A stretch of DNA of 64,000 nt, from the NCBI RefSeq assembly GCF_013315695.1, contig NZ_CP054353.1, one strand, 5' to 3'. The notes under the pieces are model-generated. The model made no database searches. It saw only the letters and a program-made list of their open reading frames with translations, and was not told the origin of the DNA. The position numbers were made by a program, and so were the translations under genes. Below, in pieces: positions 56,781 through 64,000 of the stretch (position 1 is its first letter; every line of letters begins with the position of its first letter). This DNA comes from Escherichia coli. GTDB taxonomy: Bacteria; Pseudomonadota; Gammaproteobacteria; Enterobacterales; Enterobacteriaceae.

Positions 56781-56874
56781 TGTGCTGAACTGGGCGCTCG
56801 CCCGAGGTTACGTCCCTAAAATTCAACTATGCTGAGAATTCTTAATGTGATCGGTAGCACGTTTTACGAATTAA

Positions 56875-58001
<1,127 letters not shown>

Positions 58002-58130
58002 AATTTGCGATGCGTCGCGCATTTTTGATGTAAGTTTCACGCGTTGCATAATTAATGAGATTCAGATCACATATAAAGCCATAACGGGTTCGTAAACTGT
58101 TATCCCATTACATGATTATGAGGCAACGCC

Positions 58131-60126
<1,996 letters not shown>

Positions 60127-60319
60127 TATTTTCCCTTTTCTGTTAATTATTGAGAATAATTATTACTTCACTTAATAAGCTGCGGATATAACATTCTGAA
60201 CCGCAGCTATTTGTGAATCCTTTCACAGTTTAAATTTCCCCACGCGCATAGCCTTAATATCAGCACGCAATATTTATTTAGCGTTCGCCTTAATTACTCA
60301 TAGCATTAAGGAAGATCAC

Positions 60320-61558
60320 ATGCCGCAACAAAATTATCTGGATGAACTCACTCCGGCTTTTACGCCTTTACTGGCGATTAAAGAAGCCTCTCGCTGTTTA
60401 TTATGTCATGACGCTCCCTGTAGTCAGGCTTGCCCGGCACAGACCGATCCGGGGAAATTTATTCGCTCAATCTACTTTCGTAATTTTAAAGGTGCTGCCG
60501 AGACAATTCGCGAAAATAATGCCCTCGGTGCCGTTTGTGCCAGAGTGTGCCCGACGGAGAAATTATGCCAAAGCGGTTGTACACGTGCCGGTGTTGATAC
60601 TCCCATTGATATCGGTCGCTTACAGCGTTTTGTTACTGATTTTGAACAACAAACTGGGATGGAAATTTATCAGCCCGGTACTAAAACGCTCGGCAAAGTC
60701 GCGATTATTGGCGCGGGTCCTGCCGGATTGCAGGCCAGTGTGACACTGACAAACCAGGGTTATGACGTCACGATCTATGAGAAAGAAGCACAACCCGGTG
60801 GCTGGTTGCGTAACGGCATTCCGCAATTCCGGTTACCGCAATCAGTACTGGATGCAGAAATCGCCCGTATTGAAAAAATGGGCGTGACCATTAAATGCAA
60901 TAACGAAATCGGTAACACACTCACCCTGGAGCAGCTGAAAGCGGAAAACCGCGCGGTACTGGTCACAGTGGGGTTATCGAGCGGTTCGGGGCTACCACTG
61001 TTTGAGCATAGCAACGTTGAGATTGCCGTCGACTTCTTGCAACGTGCACGACAGGCGCAAGGCGATATCAGCATTCCACAAAGCGCATTAATTATCGGCG
61101 GCGGTGATGTCACGATGGACGTAGCCAGCACGCTGAAAGTTCTCGGCTGTCAGGCAGTAACTTGCGTAGCGCGTGAAGAGTTAGATGAGTTTCCGGCAAG
61201 CGAAAAAGAGTTTGCCAGCGCCCGGGAGCTGGGCGTTTCGATCATTGATGGATTCACGCCAGTAGCCGTGGAAGGCAATAAAGTCACGTTTAAGCATGTA
61301 CGGTTACCGGGCGAACTGACGATGGCGGCAGATAAAATTATTCTCGCCGTCGGTCAGCATGCCAGACTGGATGCCTTTGCGGAGTTAGAGCCGCAGCGTA
61401 ACACCATCAAAACACAAAATTATCAGACCCGCGATCCGCAAGTCTTTGCTGCTGGCGATATTGTTGAGGGTGACAAAACCGTGGTCTATGCCGTGAAAAC
61501 CGGGAAAGAAGCCGCCGAGGCGATTCATCACTATTTAGAGGGAGCTTGCTCATGTTAA
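60320..61558 (+). CDS. preT: NAD-dependent dihydropyrimidine dehydrogenase subunit PreT
   Basis: 412 aa; Cys-rich Fe-S motifs and GAGPAG dinucleotide-binding site. Confidence 0.9.
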   Translation: MPQQNYLDELTPAFTPLLAIKEASRCLLCHDAPCSQACPAQTDPGKFIRSIYFRNFKGAAETIRENNALGAVCARVCPTEKLCQSGCTRAGVDTPIDIGRLQRFVTDFEQQTGMEIYQPGTKTLGKVAIIGAGPAGLQASVTLTNQGYDVTIYEKEAQPGGWLRNGIPQFRLPQSVLDAEIARIEKMGVTIKCNNEIGNTLTLEQLKAENRAVLVTVGLSSGSGLPLFEHSNVEIAVDFLQRARQAQGDISIPQSALIIGGGDVTMDVASTLKVLGCQAVTCVAREELDEFPASEKEFASARELGVSIIDGFTPVAVEGNKVTFKHVRLPGELTMAADKIILAVGQHARLDAFAELEPQRNTIKTQNYQTRDPQVFAAGDIVEGDKTVVYAVKTGKEAAEAIHHYLEGACSC

Positions 61559-62787
61559 CGAAAGATCTTTCGATTACTTTTTGCGGCGTGAAGTTTCCCA
61601 ACCCGTTCTGCCTCTCTTCTTCGCCTGTAGGCAACTGCTATGAGATGTGTGCCAAAGCCTACGACACAGGCTGGGGCGGCGTGGTGTTTAAAACGATCGG
61701 CTTTTTTATCGCCAACGAAGTCTCGCCGCGTTTTGATCATCTGGTGAAAGAAGATACCGGTTTTATCGGCTTCAAAAATATGGAGCAGATTGCTGAACAT
61801 CCGTTGGAAGATAATCTGGCCGCCCTGCGTCGGCTGAAAGAAGATTATCCGGACAAAGTATTGATCGCTTCAATCATGGGCGAAAATGAGCAGCAATGGG
61901 AAGAGCTGGCGCGTCTGGTGCAAGAAGCTGGCGCGGATATGATCGAGTGTAACTTCTCCTGTCCGCAAATGACTTCTCATGCGATGGGTAGCGATGTCGG
62001 GCAAAGCCCGGAGCTGGTAGAAAAATATTGTCGGGCAGTAAAACGTGGTTCCACGCTGCCAATGCTGGCGAAGATGACGCCGAATATCGGTGATATGTGC
62101 GAAGTGGCGCTGGCGGCGAAGCGCGGCGGCGCAGATGGCATTGCGGCGATTAACACCGTTAAATCCATCACCAATATCGATCTTAATCAGAAAATCGGTA
62201 TGCCGATCGTTAACGGTAAATCGAGTATTTCCGGATATTCCGGTAAAGCGGTAAAACCGATCGCCCTGCGCTTCATTCAGCAAATGCGTACCCATCCAGA
62301 GCTGCGCGATTTCCCGATCAGCGGTATCGGCGGTATTGAAACCTGGGAAGATGCGGCAGAGTTTTTATTGCTCGGTGCAGCGACGTTGCAGGTGACCACC
62401 GGCATTATGCAGTACGGGTATCGGATAGTGGAAGATATGGCGAGCGGGTTGTCGCATTATCTCGCCGATCAAGGGTTTGATTCGTTGCAGGAGATGGTAG
62501 GTCTGGCGAATAACAATATTGTCCCGGCGGAAGATTTAGACCGCAGTTATATTGTCTATCCCCATATCAATCTTGATAAATGTGTTGGCTGTGGACGCTG
62601 TTATATTTCCTGTTACGACGGCGGTCACCAGGCGATGGAATGGAGCGAGAAAACCCGTACACCGCATTGTAATACCGAGAAATGTGTGGGTTGCCTGCTT
62701 TGTGGTCACGTCTGCCCGGTGGGTTGTATTGATCTCGGAGAAGTGAAGTTTAAGAAGGGAGAGAAAGAACACCCGGTAACGTTGTAA
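61552..62787 (+). CDS. preA: NAD-dependent dihydropyrimidine dehydrogenase subunit PreA
   Basis: from ATG 61552 ([19 protein letters not shown]...); C-terminal ferredoxin-like Cys clusters. Confidence 0.9.
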   Translation: MLTKDLSITFCGVKFPNPFCLSSSPVGNCYEMCAKAYDTGWGGVVFKTIGFFIANEVSPRFDHLVKEDTGFIGFKNMEQIAEHPLEDNLAALRRLKEDYPDKVLIASIMGENEQQWEELARLVQEAGADMIECNFSCPQMTSHAMGSDVGQSPELVEKYCRAVKRGSTLPMLAKMTPNIGDMCEVALAAKRGGADGIAAINTVKSITNIDLNQKIGMPIVNGKSSISGYSGKAVKPIALRFIQQMRTHPELRDFPISGIGGIETWEDAAEFLLLGAATLQVTTGIMQYGYRIVEDMASGLSHYLADQGFDSLQEMVGLANNNIVPAEDLDRSYIVYPHINLDKCVGCGRCYISCYDGGHQAMEWSEKTRTPHCNTEKCVGCLLCGHVCPVGCIDLGEVKFKKGEKEHPVTL

Positions 62788-62857
62788 AATCAGAGACGCA
62801 TCCGGCATTTGGCACCGATTGCCGGATGCAGCGCATCCGGCAATACCCACATTCACA

Positions 62858-63868
62858 TCATTTCTTACGCGCGTATTTCAGTGAATCCAGCGCTACGGCG
62901 AAGATAATAATCGCCCCTTTGATGATGTACTGCCAGTATGGGTTTACGCCGATATACGTCAGGCCATAGTTGATGACGGTAAAAATAATTACCCCGGTCA
63001 CCACGCCAATCACCGTCCCCACACCGCCGCTGAACGATACGCCGCCCACCACGCACGCCGCGATAGCATCCAGTTCATACATAAAGCCGAGGTTGTTGGT
63101 GGCAGAGCCGATACGTCCGGCTTCTAACATCCCGCCGAAGGCATAGAACACACCAGACAACGCGTAGATCATCAGCAGGTTCAGGCCGACGTTGACACCA
63201 GATACTTTCGCCGCTTCCGGGTTACCGCCAATGGCAAAAATGTTCTTACCGAAGCGGGTTTTGTTCCACAACACCCAGACGAACGCCACCGCAATCAACG
63301 CGTAGAAGGTGATGTAAGAGAGACGGAAACTCCCCAGCGCGACAAAGCCCTGAGCAAAGGTAGAGAAGCCACTGTCAAAACCAGAAATTGGCGACGCCCC
63401 GACAAAGTCGTAATAGAGCGAGTTGATGCCATAGACGATGATCATCGTGCCGAGCGTGGTAATGAACGGCGTCACGTTGAGATAGGCGATAATCAGACCG
63501 TTGATCAAACCGATCACCGCACCAATGGCACAGACAATCAGAATAACCAGCGCAATCGGCATCGTCGCCATTTCCGGGAACACTTTGTTAGCGTTATCCA
63601 TGGACTGCAATAACGTCGCTGCCACCACTGCCGCCAGCCCCACCTGGCGACCTGCAGAAAGGTCGGTCCCCTGGGTGACAATTAACCCTGCCACACCGAG
63701 CGCGATAATAATACGCACCGATGACTGGGTGAGAATATTACTTAAGTTCAACAGACTTAAAAATGTTGGGTCCTGGAAAATAATAATCGCCAGCAAAACT
63801 AAAAGAACGACGTAAATACCGCCCTCTTTCAGGTAAGTAAGAAAACTTTTCTTATTTAACGCACTCAT
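62858..63868 (-). CDS. mglC: galactose/methyl-galactoside ABC transporter permease MglC
   Basis: 336 aa MSALNKKSFLTYLKEGGIYVVLLVLL... Confidence 0.95.
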   Translation of the reverse strand: MSALNKKSFLTYLKEGGIYVVLLVLLAIIIFQDPTFLSLLNLSNILTQSSVRIIIALGVAGLIVTQGTDLSAGRQVGLAAVVAATLLQSMDNANKVFPEMATMPIALVILIVCAIGAVIGLINGLIIAYLNVTPFITTLGTMIIVYGINSLYYDFVGASPISGFDSGFSTFAQGFVALGSFRLSYITFYALIAVAFVWVLWNKTRFGKNIFAIGGNPEAAKVSGVNVGLNLLMIYALSGVFYAFGGMLEAGRIGSATNNLGFMYELDAIAACVVGGVSFSGGVGTVIGVVTGVIIFTVINYGLTYIGVNPYWQYIIKGAIIIFAVALDSLKYARKK

Positions 63869-63886
63869 GGGAAGCCCCTAATCTTA

Positions 63887-64000
63887 AAGGTGCAAAGACG
63901 CAAGACGCAGAATTTCGTTTTGCGTTGTTGTTTTTGTATCGACAATTCCGGAAACGAGACCATTGCTCATGACCAGAATACGGTCTGTTATCCCTAACAA
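63887..64000 (-). CDS. mglA: galactose ABC transporter ATPase MglA (3' end only, cut by window edge)
   Basis: minus-strand translation ...[37 protein letters not shown] directly upstream of mglC. Confidence 0.85.

Overview
Escherichia coli chromosomal window (identified from protein sequences recalled from memory; no searches run). The most interesting feature is an ~11.3 kb integrative satellite/PICI-like island (~29.2-40.5 kb) between clpS and cspD. It carries a P4-type integrase, AlpA, a primase-replicase with an adjacent iteron origin, an SSB, two head-to-head lambda-type cos sites, and homologues of lambda major capsid protein gpE and decoration protein gpD, but no terminase, portal, protease or tail genes. 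The rest of the window, in order: (1) 1-10.7 kb, right end of a P2-like prophage (tail fibre H, assembly G, U, tape measure T, E/E', tube FII, sheath FI, D, Ogr) next to serS, with the FI-to-U block inverted relative to canonical P2 order; (2) 11.2-29.2 kb, conserved core genes serS-rarA-lolA-ftsK-lrp-trxB-cydDC-aat-infA-serW-clpAS; (3) 40.7-48.0 kb, cspD-macBA-ybjX-ybjD-aqpZ; (4) 48.2-49.6 kb, an IS110-family (IS1111-group) element sitting where aqpZ abuts dusC, two loci that are far apart in K-12 as I recall it; (5) 49.8-64.0 kb, dusC, a 3-hydroxybenzoate/gentisate catabolic cluster, then yohJK-cdd-sanA-yeiS-preTA-mglC and the 3' end of mglA. Coordinates of non-coding sites were counted by hand and may be off by 1-2 bp. 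The supplied ORF track uses alternative start codons, so several starts were moved to an ATG with a Shine-Dalgarno sequence.
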